From: Schmidtea polychroa | Taxonomy: Eukaryota | Assembly (NCBI GenBank): GCA_044892525.1 | Contig: CM097885.1 | Location: forward strand, 59,396,001 to 59,460,000 | DNA length: 64,000 nucleotides | Reading direction: 5' to 3' | Shown here: one piece after another, positions 13,143 through 27,129 of the stretch | Layout: every line of letters begins with the position of its first letter | How positions within the stretch are numbered: the first letter of the stretch is position 1 | The notes under the pieces: model-generated | Seen by the model: the letters and a program-made list of their open reading frames with translations, nothing else | Told to the model about the DNA's origin: nothing | Databases searched by the model: none | Translations under genes and position numbers: made by a program

Positions 13143-14048
13143 ATGAAACTGAAATTTAACGTTACTATCGAAAAGGAGGAATCGGCAAATGAAATTCTTG
13201 ATGAACCGCAGATTAAAAAAATTCTGACGAGTTCTATCAGCAATCAGAACATATTTCTCGTAAAGAAACCATTCGTGTCTATGAAAGTTTTCGATGGAAA
13301 AATCCAATTGAAGAAAGGAAAATTTTTCAAAAAATACAAATCTATCAAGTTATCAAACATTGAGAAGTCTTTTGTTTTGGAAAATAATCAAGACATCCTT
13401 CTCCTCATTATCAAGATTGGAAATTTCTCCGGTTATGTTGTACTAAAAATAAGTACGGCTTCAAATTTGTTTGAATTCATCAAAGTTCTCGAAGGAACTC
13501 TCAATCACCAGCATCAAGTCATTTCCAAAGGCTCGGTCTTTTACGGGGCAACCTATGACAACATTACTGAAATTCAGAATGTTGAAACGATTTCCTTGAG
13601 AATCGAACCGGAAATTCAATCGGAAGTGAAACCGGATATGACAGAATTGTCAAATGGAACTGTCATTTATGAAACAGAACTTGAAGAATCTTACAATGTT
13701 TTTGATTCAGAAATCATTATTCAACCAGAAAATGAAGAATTTTACGATGTTGTTGATTCAAAAATCATTATTCAACCAGAAAATGAAGAATACGTATTTA
13801 ATGATGACTATAAAGAGAGAAAGAATAAAATTTACCGAGTTCCTGCCAATACAGACGAGTTTACATATTTGAATTACAATTCAGAGAAATTATACATTAA
13901 CGAAACTGGCCCAGTGGCTCTGTTTTCACAAACATTTCCGTCGCCATATTCAGTAAAGAATGATATCAATAATTCGGTGGATGATTCAAATTCCGAATCT
14001 GATTCAGATTCATATTCAAGCCATAGTCGAGAAGAACAATTAATATGA
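13143..14048 (+). CDS. Intronless orphan ORF, 301 aa; possible PH/PTB-like N-terminus and acidic Tyr-containing tail
   Basis: Long ORF in AT-rich DNA; first ATG at 13143 (track starts at TTG 13128); 51-bp/17-aa tandem repeat at 13683-13790. Confidence 0.55.
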   Translation: MKLKFNVTIEKEESANEILDEPQIKKILTSSISNQNIFLVKKPFVSMKVFDGKIQLKKGKFFKKYKSIKLSNIEKSFVLENNQDILLLIIKIGNFSGYVVLKISTASNLFEFIKVLEGTLNHQHQVISKGSVFYGATYDNITEIQNVETISLRIEPEIQSEVKPDMTELSNGTVIYETELEESYNVFDSEIIIQPENEEFYDVVDSKIIIQPENEEYVFNDDYKERKNKIYRVPANTDEFTYLNYNSEKLYINETGPVALFSQTFPSPYSVKNDINNSVDDSNSESDSDSYSSHSREEQLI

Positions 14049-14390
14049 ATCCAAATGAAATTATTGCCAAACTTTTATGTTTATTTATTAATTACAAGTG
14101 TTAACATTGTAAAGATTTCGTTTCAACATTTTTAAGAGTGAGCCTCATTGTTAACCGTTTTCAGAAAAGTATTTGTATTTGAACAAGAAATTTATGAAAT
14201 GTGGTAAAAATAGATTTATTAGTTTCTTTCTTTCGAAATTTTCATAATTTGTTGTTATGTTTTTAAATAAATTACACTCAACCAAATTCCCCAACTTATT
14301 TTGTTTAATAAATATCACTAAGTCTACAACAACTGTGTCAGCCATCCTGCTGTTAAATTCTGAAACTCTGGGATATCAACACTCGTTTAA

Positions 14391-14586
14391 CTCTTTCAAG
14401 CCTAGGACCGTATATTTCTACGCGAAAAAATATTTTGTCATGTCTTTTATTCTAATATTCATTTGTGCATTAAGCAGTAACAGTTCATATATATAATTTA
14501 GCGATGAAGACCGTGCAATTTCGAAAATTTCCGAAGACACCGTCGTATGGGCATTGCTAATAGGAAAATATAGTGGTGTGAAAGGG
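14391..14586. mobile_element. Possible piggyBac-like MITE
   Basis: TTAA|CTCTTTCA ... TGAAAGGG|TTAG; TIR 7/8, TSD 3/4. Confidence 0.45.
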
Positions 14587-15340
14587 TTAGAGTGATTCCT
14601 TAAATTAAGTCAAATTCTGCTTACCTAACTACTCATACTTAAATGATTTACCTCGAACCATATCTGAATTTCTTTTTGCTTCTTACTCGAGTCAAAGTTT
14701 GGTTTGTCTAAAATTTCTTTTTCTTTTTAAACAGAAATTATCAATATGATTAATTGATTTCAGCTGAAAACAATTTCCAAAAATCTCTCCTTTGAATATC
14801 CTCGGATAGCCATTACCTTAATGGTAGTTGAAAAAGCAAGTAAAAAACCCGGATAAAATTTATTTTCATATAGAAGTCAAGTATTTTGAAAATGGCCATC
14901 AAAAATCAATTTTATTTATTTCCCCTTTTTTACACAATTAGACTTCTTTCAGAGTAAAGAATTAATTAGCGATTGCATGTATTTTTACATTTGGGCTTTT
15001 TTGAACCCTTCTATTTATTGTTTGTTTCAATAGACGGCTTTCCATTGTCCATTCTATCCCTAACCCATAAAATAATAAAGACTTTTGTTAGGACGAGAAT
15101 TCATTGCAATCAAAATAGAGATCTAATTTTTCATTTATACTAAATAAGATAGGAAATCAGGAATGCACCAAGACCAATTTTCATAATTTCTGTTTTCGTC
15201 GTTAACTTTTAACTAGATTCCATCATCAAATTTTTCATTTTTGTGGATTTTGACACCCGCGATTTTTATTTGGGTAATTCAAAGATGCTCTAATTCACAA
15301 TAAAATTATATAATAAAAATTTTAAGCTTATTTGATCAAA

Positions 15341-15482
15341 ATCACTTAAAAAACCATTGCCGAAAATTTGTGAATATCAAAAAAACATCGATATATTTAT
15401 TGATTCATAATGAAGCGTTTTAATAAATACTATGTCAATTGAAAAGAAATCAGTGGTGAAATTTGAAAAAAGTTCTTATAAT
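15341..15482. repeat. Hairpin repeat family A, degenerate copy 3
   Basis: Right arm and tag AATCAGTGGTGAAATT (15448-15463) present; spacer inverted relative to copy 2. Confidence 0.65.
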
Positions 15483-18019
15483 CTTAAACTTATTAACTCC
15501 AATGTGACATTATTATTTGTTTAGCATTTCATTTATCTTTATTTATATTTTGAATATAGATCTATGTTTTTTCTATTACCAACAGATTCATGACACTGCC
15601 TTCTCCAAGTGTAAAGATTACACTGATAAAAAGACAGTGTCAAAATTTTATGTGGAATATATACAACATTAATCTATAGTCAAAATGTAATGAAAGTAAA
15701 TAAAATCCTAAATGGAAAAGACAAATCAAGTTAACAAAAGTAAATTATTTTATGTAGTTTTTAATAAATATCCAATAGTTTCCAGTTCTAAGATTACCAT
15801 ATATTGTTATTCTTTTTTGTTGCCTTTTGTGAGTGTTAGCCGCAACAAAATTGTCATTCGGCTCATTTTGTAAATCAAAAGTAATAAGTCTTTTTTGTTA
15901 TAATTTTTATTAATCCAAAATCTGAATTTCTTAATTTCAGTGAATTCCTTTTCTGTGTCGTATCACTATATACATCTATCTAATAACCATAGATGATATT
16001 AAATGTCTAGGAAAGAAATTAAGAGAAAGCAACTTGTTAATAAAGGAAATGAATACCCTCAATCAACGGGATTTAAAAATTAAAATTGAAGTAGATACTC
16101 CAACATACGGGTTCTACAGAATATTAGTTCGGAAAGAAATATTTATTCCTACACAGAAACGGATATCAAGGTAAGGACATTGAAAGAATGAATTCTACCC
16201 CAAAAATAGAAAGGGAAATAACACAAAAAAGAAGAAATATTTTAATCTGAATATCCCATTCATCAGTGGCATACTCAACTTCAAGATCCTGAAAGAACTT
16301 AAACGCACTGGCCTTCCAATTCGGATAATACATAAATCTTGAGATAAGCTATTAAGATATTATTTATTAAAAGCAAATTATTGAAGCTTTAAAACTTAAA
16401 AAAAAATATTTAGTGTTTTGTTTTGAATTTTAGAGATTATTCAATTTAAAAAAATTTTTATTCAAAATTCTTCATTTATTTATATTTTTATTATTAATAT
16501 TTTTATTAATATTTTTAACCAATGAGAAGTAAGAAAAAGAAAATAAAAGAGAAGATCAAAAAGCATTTTGAAAATAAAAGAAACCAAATTACATGAAATT
16601 GATAAGGACTATTGTAGTCACAAAATTTTTTCATATGAATTAAATTTATTATTTGCAGCAAAAGGGTTAAATTATCATTTAATTGTTAAAAATTTAATTA
16701 ATGCTGCAACCAAGAAATCATCACTTTATAAAATGAAATATAACAATGAAAACATTCAAAAAAGAGTTAATTATTAGTTTGACAAGATGCTTCCACTTAG
16801 GTAAGTAAATAAAAGTTTAAAAGTAATATACATGCTGTAGTTAGAAGTTGTAACAATACGCTAATACTAAAATTCAATCTCATATATTTACAATACTTAT
16901 TATCAAGTCTCATAAACCTGGTAAACAATATATTATGAATGGCTTTATATTACTCCCTAGCTTGTTCGTTTCACAAAGTTCTTACCAAACCAGAAGTTTC
17001 AAACCTATTTTGATTTGTCAAATTACAGTTTCTTTTCAAATGTAATCAATCATCTGATTGAAAATTGGAGAATGATGACTATTTCGAGAAATAAATATTT
17101 CAGAAAAATGTACATTTTTTTAATATTTCCTTATCCCCACCCCTGTACATCCAAATAGATGTGATTAGATTAGGTCAATAATGATAAAAAATACTTATGT
17201 TACAGTATTGTAGTGACTTATTTTTACGAAAGACAAATTTTTATTGAAACATGCAGTACTCTCGCTTGAACAAGAGAAATAAAAAATTGTCAATCATTAT
17301 TAATAGCATTGATAATGGCTAGACAGCAACTTCCAGTATTACCAATAAAGACTTAAGAATTTATAACACGATATGATTATATATTTCAAACAAATTTTAA
17401 AGCATACTGAGCACAAAAGATTTTCATTCTTTGATCATGATAGACCAAGTACCTTTCATTTGCAGCTGCCCTTACGGAGCATCCACCTACATCACCGACT
17501 ATTTTGAAGAAACAAATTTATTTAATCCGATACTGAATGATCTTTTGTTTTTACAGAAAAGATGCTTTTTTGAAAGATTTTATTTTTCATTCATAGAAAA
17601 AATAAGATATAAAGTTTATTTTAATACTTGGTTTCCCATGGTGACCAAAAGATATCAAAATCTATAAAAACAGTGACTGCAAAACTAATTGGGTTTCATA
17701 TAATAGGTGGAGTAAGAATGTTTTAATTGGATATTAAATAGATTCTTTTTAAACTTTGATCCCACCCAACTTACCCTTAGTGTCATCCTCCAGCGATAGG
17801 TCCTCACGAGTTACGGATTTCATTTGGTTGTTTATCATCGATTATCATTGAAACAAAATATCGATATTCCACCCAGTGAACCGTTCAAATCAATATAAAT
17901 ATTAGAGAGCGTCTCCTTTAGATATCAAATCAAATTATCTAACTCATTATAAAATCGAAATTCAAAAGTAGAAATGATTATATTTAAAACATAAAAAGCA
18001 ATTAATTATATATTCCACA

Positions 18020-18607
18020 TTACGGATGAGGAACACTGCATTTCAGATTTCGTGAATTCTGGCTTTGCCTCCTAAGCAATTGCCGCTCAGCATTTGACCT
18101 TTTCCTGATTGCGGCTTCCTCTGAGGTTTCATTCTGTCTTCTTCTAAACTGTCTTTCGGCATTCAATCGACGCCGAATTGCCGTTTCTTCGGGAGTTTCA
18201 TTTAATCTCCTTAAATATTGCCTTTCTGCGTTTAGTCGTTTCCTAATTGCCGCTTCATCGGGAGTTTCGTTTTGTCTTCTTAACCACTGCCTTTCTGCGT
18301 TAAGTTTTTTTCGTTCTGCAGCTTCTTCGGGAGTTTCATTGAGTCTTCTAAAATATTGTCGCTGAGAGTTTAAGCGCTTCCTTACTTCGCATTCCTCTGA
18401 TGTTTCATTCTGTCTTCTTTTAGATTGCCTATCAGCATTTAACATTTTTTTAATTGCCTGAGCAACAGATTTATCGTTTTGATTGAATTGCGGATTAGCA
18501 TCAAAATCTATTTGCAATTCATCAGAATTATTGGAAATATCAGTGGAATCAGTTTTCAAGCAATTATCTAAGTTACTGGAGAATGATTGTCCAGCATAAT
18601 TGTTCAT
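18020..18607 (-). CDS. ORF with five 23-aa STPR-type repeats (Helitron RepHel N-terminus or FMBP-1-like DNA-binding domain)
   Basis: RRxNETxEE..R.RLNAERQ repeated 5 times with 69-bp period at 18074-18418. Confidence 0.6.
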   Translation of the reverse strand: MNNYAGQSFSSNLDNCLKTDSTDISNNSDELQIDFDANPQFNQNDKSVAQAIKKMLNADRQSKRRQNETSEECEVRKRLNSQRQYFRRLNETPEEAAERKKLNAERQWLRRQNETPDEAAIRKRLNAERQYLRRLNETPEETAIRRRLNAERQFRRRQNETSEEAAIRKRSNAERQLLRRQSQNSRNLKCSVPHP

Positions 18608-20906
18608 CGTTACTTTTATCGATCAAAAACCTTTGGATAAAAACAAATCAAACAGCATACAATACTTTACCTCTTAGAAAACTTTTCAAAAACAAATTGG
18701 ATTTGAAAGTCTGAAAATAAAAGTATTAATTTTAATCAAATCTAAATATTAATAATAAAAAATTTTATTATTAAATTGAATTTTAAAAACAATTGTGTAA
18801 CTTTCACAATTGTATCATGTTATAATTAACACTGAACTATAAATTTTTAAAATAACAATTATAGCATTTTTCTTTTTAATTAGAAACAAACTGCATTAAT
18901 AAAAATTAAAATACGAATAGAGTTTATAGAAAAAGAAATGAAAATTAATATTTATATGAACACAATGAAAAATAAATAAATATTCAACTTACATTTTATT
19001 TAAAAATTGTAAATTTCAAATGAAAATAATTTGATAAAATAAACAAATCTTTTAAAAGTAATTATTAAAACGAGAAGGAATAATATTAAATTAGATAAAC
19101 CAAAAACAAATACTGAAATCCTTAATTAGCTTATTTCATCTATTACTACATTTATAAACCTATATCATTTTTGATAAATGATGAGAATTACAAACGTTAT
19201 CGATAGAAAATTTCTTTTACGATTTATAGTTTAAGATTTATAAATATTTTGCAATAAAATTCGGTCTTCGCTTATGAGATTTTATATTACTGAATCTTGT
19301 TGATAGACAAAAGATGTTTTCATGTTTATGCTAATCTATAATGAAAATGTCATAATTATCGATTTCGGTGTAGTATTATATGATTTTTTAATATTAAGAT
19401 TAGTGTTTGTAATGCATTTCAAATTTTTGATCTCGTGTTACATGTGGAGGTAGGAAAACAAAATAAAAACTATATAGCGATAATTTACTATAAATTATCG
19501 CTATAAAAAATTGAAAATTAAAAAGTAGACAATATAAAAAGTCATTAAAAAACTAAAAGAATCCCCAAAAGAAATCTGTAAGAGAAATTAAAGAAAATCA
19601 AAGACGACAAACATTCACACTTGGTATATTTGGAATTTGAATCTTTTTTATATTTATGAATCATCTGAACGATTGTGTCTTTTGATTAACATTTGAATAA
19701 AAGTCGTAAATTTATATAATTGTTATAGTTTGATTATTATAAACTTAGTTGTCACAACTTTACATACATTCACCCCAGCTGTCCCAAGACAGTATTTTTA
19801 AAGGAGACTCTTACTATACACAAATAAACAAACATATAAACACAATATACATAGTTATTACAACATACAAATATTTAATTACAACATATATATAGTTACG
19901 AAAGCCGAACTGACCCATCCGTCTTCGATTGTCAAAAGGTGTTAATGAACAAAGTTATTCTAGATAAGTATTCAAAACTTTCATATCGTACGAAACTGGA
20001 GTCTACTCAAATGCGAGTTCATCCACAATATTAGTACAATCGTCAGATCAAGTGCCAATGCTTTCGTGTAAACATTGACTGCTGGAGCAAATATTTGTTC
20101 ATTTTCGTATTCAATAAAAACTTTATAAAAATTTCTTTCGTATCCCTATACCCTATCAATACCATTAGCCTGTCATGAAATAAAAACAATAATTAAATAA
20201 TCTAGCTAAAATTCAAATAAAGAGCTATTAAAAATGAATAAATTTTAATAGATAATGCGTTTAAACTATTTGATAAAATTTAATAACAACTAGTTAAAGA
20301 AAGATTGAAGGTGAAATTCCATTGCAAATAAGTTTCATATACAAATATTCTTTAATAAGATATTCCGTTCCTAAATTATCCAAACTTTGTATTTCAGCTT
20401 TGGCTTGAAGTCTTGAAAAGCATTCAACCTAAACAGTCAATATACAGTAAATATAGCATTCATAAATATGGCATCTATAAAATATTAATAACTAGATAAT
20501 AAATCCGTTTATCAAGTGGGCCACTGTTTATAAATACTCTTAAAATAATTTTATAGACCTTGTTTCGAGTTATATGTTCACTACCAATACCTGCCATATT
20601 GTATTATTGCTCAACAAAATATATAAAATGCTTTAATATTCGTTATTTTTATTCAGCTGCTACTTTGACTTCAATAATTCTTACAAATATTTATATTTAT
20701 ATTCATATAAAGAAATAACTCAATCTAATATTGAAAATATTTCTATAGAACCTTCCACTAATGTTCCTAAAATTAATCTAACATAATATGATGTGCCCCT
20801 CCAGGACAGAACCTTCTCCCTCCTTGACGAGGAAAAGTAATAAGCTGAAAATTTTTGGCTATTAATATGTAGGTCAACTCAAAAATTATGTAAGTCACAC
20901 ATACAC

Positions 20907-20910
20907 ACAT

Positions 20911-20993
<83 letters not shown>
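20907..20993. repeat. (TA)n microsatellite
   Basis: Pure TA run; further runs near 1120-1143 and 21219-21292. Confidence 0.95.
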
Positions 20994-21001
<8 letters not shown>

Positions 21002-21217
21002 GATTCTCCATTTCCGTAAAATGTTGACTTTCGTTTTGTGATGCCATGGTTTTGTCTAACTATATTTATAATTTATATAAAAAAATTAAATAACATAACT
21101 TGTAATATATTCTATAATTTGCTTAGGATTGTAAGATGTATTTTGGATTGTACTATAAAAAATTAATAAATGTTAATAGTAGAAAGAGTATTACTTTTAG
21201 TGATCATACTGCCCTTC

Positions 21218-21297
<80 letters not shown>

Positions 21298-21311
21298 TAG
21301 ATAGATATGTG

Positions 21312-21563
21312 CACTCCAGATCCTATAGGAATTCTCGACTCTCACATATTCTTTTGGTGAATGTAAATGGGGTATTACTTTTTTATTTTTGTACAGGTAC
21401 TTTTTTTGTTTAAAAACTTTTTATATCAATATACTTGAAATTAAATTCTCCATCTAATGACACTATGACCTTTATGGGGGTACCTGTCTAAAAATTAAAA
21501 GTAATACCCCCTTAGATTCACCCAAAAAATGTGAGAGTCAAGGATTCCTGTCGGACTGGAGTG
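21312..21563. mobile_element. MITE with ~70-bp TIRs
   Basis: CACTCCAG..GACTCTCACAT..GGTGAAT..GGGGTATTACTTTT mirrored at 21498-21563; TA on the right flank, TG on the left. Confidence 0.7.
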
Positions 21564-21714
21564 TACATTACTATATACTTTATTTACTCTATCTAAATTT
21601 CGAACACTATTTCCCTCTCGATAGACTGGTTCTATCACAATTTCAGTGAAACCATGTATAGGTAGAATTTAATTTCCTATAAGATGGTTAGATTTTATAT
21701 TTTATATATATGTT

Positions 21715-22205
21715 ACAGTGAATTTGTATTACCAGTGAGAATATATTTTCACTAACGTTTCAGTGAATTTATATCCAAACATTTATTTTGAACTTACACA
21801 TTAAATATTATTAGCCACAGAGCTACGGGTATTAATAGAATCCATAACTAAAACACGTTTATTATAAAAACACAAATATTATTAAAACAAATTATAACGT
21901 TAATTTGTTTGAGGAGTTTCTAAAAAATAATAATTAATGCATAAGTAAAGATTTCAGCATACAATCAAACATGCACAACATCATACCATTATTTAAATAC
22001 AAATTACAAAACGCCTCACAAATATAATTACATATTTAAAAAAATTAAAAAACTTTTAAAAACACTTCGCAGCTAGATGAAAAAAAGGCGACACATCAAT
22101 GAATACAAAATCACTAAATGTAACCAATGAATTTGTATCTTCATTGTTAGATATACATTCACTGCCGGCTTAGCGAAAATATATTTTCACTGGTAATACA
22201 AATAT
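21715..22205. mobile_element. TIR element, ~490 bp
   Basis: ~56-bp inverted repeats TTTGTATTACCAGTGA.AATATATTTTC at 21722-21777 and 22148-22203. Confidence 0.65.
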
Positions 22206-23479
22206 ATTTATATGAAAAATTAATTCTCTCTAAACTGGTTTGATCTAGAATTAAAAATGTTGTATTAATTTATTACTTTGTTGTAATTACACTGATAGAC
22301 TTCATAATTTATTAGAATATTCTTATTAATTTGTTGCCCGTCTTCGAAATAATGTATTACTTTATTGTAATTTACTTACATAATTTTATTACGTTGCAAT
22401 ATTTTTATTATTAGTTAAAATTTGATAAATATTTTACAAATTTGTTGAAATTTTCCGAAATATGTTATTACTTTGTTGTAATTTAATGAAAGGTTTCATA
22501 ATTTTGTGGTAATTAATTTGTGGTTAATTAATTGCGAAAATAATATATTACGATAATATGCTAATAAAAATATTAAATTTCTAAAAACGTGCAGGTAAAA
22601 ATATGAAATTGTGCGCGGCAGCGAATGTTAAAAATAAACTAATTACTTAAGTTGCTGTCAAGTATGTTTTTCAAAACTTACGAAAAGAATAAAACAAATA
22701 TATTTGCCAATTGCGGTGATTAGTACCATATTTAACCACTTTGGATTTATAATAATATATTTTATTAATTAAATTATATTAAGAAATTAACTTTGATATC
22801 ACAAAATGTCATTTAATTATTGTTTTGCCATTAAAGTTGGCCCATAAAATTTAAACTTAATGATTTCGATCATTAACTAAAGATTTTACCTGTAATTTTA
22901 CATCAGAATCAGTCATGTAAAATTTTTCATTTTGTAATCCAATCAAAATTCTTTTATCGGCTGGAGATAGAGCCAATATTTCATTTTTTTGAAATTGTAA
23001 TCTGTAATTATATTACTATTACACTATTAAAACTTATTAAAATATTCAAAATTGTCAAAAGATTTATTGTGAACGTAAAATTAAACTGTAATATACAATA
23101 ATTCGTCTGATATTAAAAATGTTTGTGTGGGTCATAACAAGAGCATTACTTATGACTGAGACAGGAATAAATACACTTTTTTCTGTAAATAACTCGGTAA
23201 CGGCTGGTTTCACACCTAAGACACATATGAGCATTTTGTAAGGGCATGGAATTCTTTACAATTTTCACAAAGTAATTTGTAAGATAATAAATATTTAAAA
23301 CACATTTGTCAGGCAAATGACTGAATGTGCATAACATGGGTAACGGGTAAACTGCGTTTTGAGTGAAAACTCCAATCGTGAGATAAATCACTACATCTAT
23401 TTATTTATTTAAATGTAGTTTGTTGAACTCATCATAAAGTTGCTAAATGAAATGCGAATCAATTTCTTGTAATAATAAC

Positions 23480-23640
23480 AACAGATTTCATTCTAATTAG
23501 AAAAGCATTCACAAAAGGTTTCGAATCCAAATACGAAGGTCCATCCAAACTCCTATCAATCAACAAAAACGTTGCCACAATAATTAAAAATAACAACAAA
23601 ATGAAAATAAACATAAGACGAATAAAACCTTACCACCAGA
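23480..23640 (+). pseudogene. Relic of a Ty3/Gypsy integrase C-terminus (GPY/F module)
   Basis: FILIRKAFTKGFESKYEGPSKLLSINKNVATII...KINIRRIKPY, in frame with the 23601 ORF. Confidence 0.6.
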
Positions 23641-23949
23641 ACCAAAACCCGCAAAACAATCCCCCAAAAGACAAAACACAAACTCAAACACAAACAAAAA
23701 CAAAACCAATTCACAAAAACATCACATCGTTGAAGCATTATCATACGTCTGGCCGCGACAGTCATTCAAATCAAGGTCATCTCGTTCCAATTCCTAATTT
23801 CTTTCGCAATACTTTCAGCACCTTTTTCATGGATTTCGATGAAATCAATAAACACCTGTTTGATGACAGCAGTTTTAGTTTCGTTGTCAACATCAACCAA
23901 CCTGAGGACATGAGACATTTGTTCGTTATGAGACACGTCTTAAGTTGAA

Positions 23950-24315
23950 TCAAACATCATCCCATAGTACTGACCTTTTCACTCTCTGTAAGATAGACTG
24001 ACGATCTTCGTTGCCCAGTATCCCAATAAATTCATTTTGTATTTTTCCAGACAAAAACGTTGCGGTATGTGTGTGAGATTTTACATAATCCAAGTGCCGC
24101 TGCAACAGGAGATCGTACTTGCTAAGTAGATCAACGAGTGCAAGAAAATTGCCATGATTATCAATGGATACAATGACTTCTTGATGTCTACGAAGGGCCA
24201 GATGTTGAGTGGCCAAGAACCTGACACAATCCACAAATCGTCTGAGCAGATCATTCCACAATTGGTTCTGTTCCTCCATATGCTTTAGTGTCATTTTGTC
24301 ATATGTGTTTCTCAT
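23950..24315 (-). pseudogene. hAT transposase fragment (ZMYM1/DUF4371-like)
   Basis: RFVDCVRFLATQHLALRRH...GNFLALVDLLSKYD..LQRHL...SGKIQNEFIGILG matches the family pattern FL..Q.LA.RGH..GNF...S..IQNE. Confidence 0.8.
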
Positions 24316-24858
24316 ATGCGTTTCTCATAATGTACTCTGGTTGACTGGAGCCGTTGAAAACAATAAACAGCAAAGACAATGCACTGCGTCATTTTTAACG
24401 GAGAATAGCAACTATTTCTTTATGTTAAAGAGAAAAAGGATACTTGTTTCCTGTATATTTCCCTATTTCCGCACCTCTAATAGCTCACATAATGCAATAT
24501 TCTTTATTTTGTTGTTCTATTATCTTTTCAAGAACTTCTGTGCTTTGGATGGTATATATAACATACCTTTTAATTTCGACAATCAGCTGCCATTTGTGTA
24601 AAAAGACAAACAATATATGCAAATATTTGTGGTCACCTTTAACTTATTTGGTTTATTTTCATTTTGACGAAAGATCAAATTAAATTCTATGCTTTAGTGT
24701 CTCAGACAAATAAAGGACACATATTTTTCAGTTTTTTCAATAACACACTTTTTATTTCTGAAACAGACAATCACTATTTCTATGATCATCAAAAATTCAA
24801 TCCACAAAAACTTCGATCATTGCGCTTCGGGTACAAAACAGATCGTGTCTCAGTTCTC

Positions 24859-25190
24859 ATAGATTCAACTAACATGTTTTTGAATGTTCATTATCATCGA
24901 GCTGATCTGCTCGATTTTGACGTCATTGAATCCTGTATACTCCACAGACTATCTACGGAAGTTAATCAACTGGCTACCAAAACAGATTACATTTCGTTTC
25001 TATGAAAATGACCTCAAGACATCTACAGATTCAACTAATACATGCTTTGAAATGTTCCTCATCATCAAGCTAATCTGGTGGATTTTCTTGTAAACCAACC
25101 CGTTATACTTCTCAATGCATCCACAGAAGTTAATCAACTCAGTCTGATCAAACTGATCAAATGTGTAAGCGTATTTTCAACTGATCACCA
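24859..25190 (+). repeat. Degenerate tandem duplication, ~167-bp unit
   Basis: AGATTCAACTAA...GCT.ATCTG..GATTTT and C.GAAGTTAATCAACT each occur twice ~167 bp apart. Confidence 0.55.
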
Positions 25191-27129
25191 AGATCCTATC
25201 TGTACAAATAAACTTTGGAGATTTGTTTTATTTATATATCGTCTCGACTACATTATTTTATTGTAGGGATTTTATCATAATTCGATGTCCCTACATATGC
25301 AACACAAATTTTCAGCTTTCCCTTTATCAAGAAATAAAGAATTAATTTTTGATTTTTTGTCAGAATGTTAGTTATTGCAACTGTCGTAATTACCAATAAT
25401 AATTTATTCTATTGTTATAAATCCTTTGTTAAATTATTAAATAAATTGAATACGTTAACTAACAAAGATTCTATGAAATCGGATTTGAATATAAATGAAA
25501 ACGAAAGGGAACTGTGAGAAACCTATGAATTTAACATTAAAATACTAATCAATTACTTTTCAATATCAGTTGCAAGTAAGCCAATAAGTTTCATATTATG
25601 AGATCTAATAATATCTTGATTGGCATCTAGTAGTGACAATTTCTGAATCAGAAGTTTTATACGGTAAATAAAGAAATAATAATAAATATATCCATAATAA
25701 TTAACGAATCTATCGAAATTTAAAATAAAATAAAACGAACAGCACCGGTTTGAACATTTGCGGGGTCATGTGCAAGGGGTCATTTGCAAGGTTAACCACG
25801 TGGCTATTTTTTTATTAATTTGCTTTGCTTTTTTTCAACCTAAGAGATTGGAATCTGCTATAATAAATTACTAATATAAAATATGAATGACATCACAACG
25901 TTGTATATAATATACTATATATATATATATATATATAACATATTTCAATAAGTTATTTACCAACTTGCAAAACTTAAATAAAAATATTCATGTATAACAA
26001 TTTTCTATCAGTATTTTGAAAGCTGCAATGCAATTATAACTTTGGAAAATGCAAATCATTAGTATCTTTATTTTAACTTTTAAAGAAACTGTTTGAATTA
26101 AAGGAAATTTTAATATATTGTGTAAATTTCTAATTTCTTTTTGTATTTAATAATATTATATAAACTTTCCAAAGTGCGGGGCCAGGTGCGGTCGGCCCTT
26201 AAAACGAGTTATGCGCATTTTAATCATAACGATATTCAATAATACAACTTCATAACTTGATACAGTATACAGTAAATATCGATCAGCCGATAATTTTTCA
26301 ATCAGCTTTGAAATTTTTTTTTCAATGAACTTTGAAACCTTTCATTAATAAATATTCTATTCCCTTTGTGAATTTTTGCAGGGGTTTAGCCTTTTATTTT
26401 ACGGACCCATTATTTAAAATTATTATTTTTAACTTTTTAAGTTCTTCAAGCTATGAACCATAATGTTTTTTACAACGGGTGCTAATTTGCACCGAATACA
26501 GATATGCGCATCTATAGGTGCATATACTGAATACCAAAACAAAAATTAGAATACAAGTTGATTGACACAACTTCTCTTGGCTTGATCTAACGATAGAAAC
26601 AAAGCAGGGTGATATATAAGTCCAGCCTTTAGAAATTTACTTAAATTTCTACACTAGGGATATATTTGTTATAATAGGCTAAGGAAATTTTTGAATTAAT
26701 ATCGTTATTTTTTGATTTTTAATCTAGCTAGTATTGGAATTGCTTAAAATAATTAATTCAATTAAAAAAACAAAAAATAAATATTTTTCAAGCAGAAAAG
26801 TTGAAGCATATTCATTGTTAAAATAACTTCGTTTAAAATTTATTAAAATAACAATTGTTACGTAACAGGTATAATTACAAAAAACCAAGTTGATTAATTA
26901 ATTAACATTTTTAGTCTGGAATATTTTTTAATTAGACATGAAATTTTTAAAACTATTTAATGCATTATTAAATCTGACTGGCATGCAAGTTTAAACTTAC
27001 ACCTGCTTGCCTGGAATAAGAATATAAGGTGGTTAGGTAATATTGGAGAAATGAATAGTTTATTGTGTGTGTAACATTCTTTTTATATTATGTAACGGGC
27101 GGATATAACGGGGGGATAAGGTCCGAGAC

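Noticed and set aside
21163-21345. ORF with IYIYIY run
   Set aside because: Translation of a (TA)n microsatellite.
23146-23391. Cys-containing ORF (CLRCETSRY) like a CACTA fragment
   Set aside because: Single short motif only.
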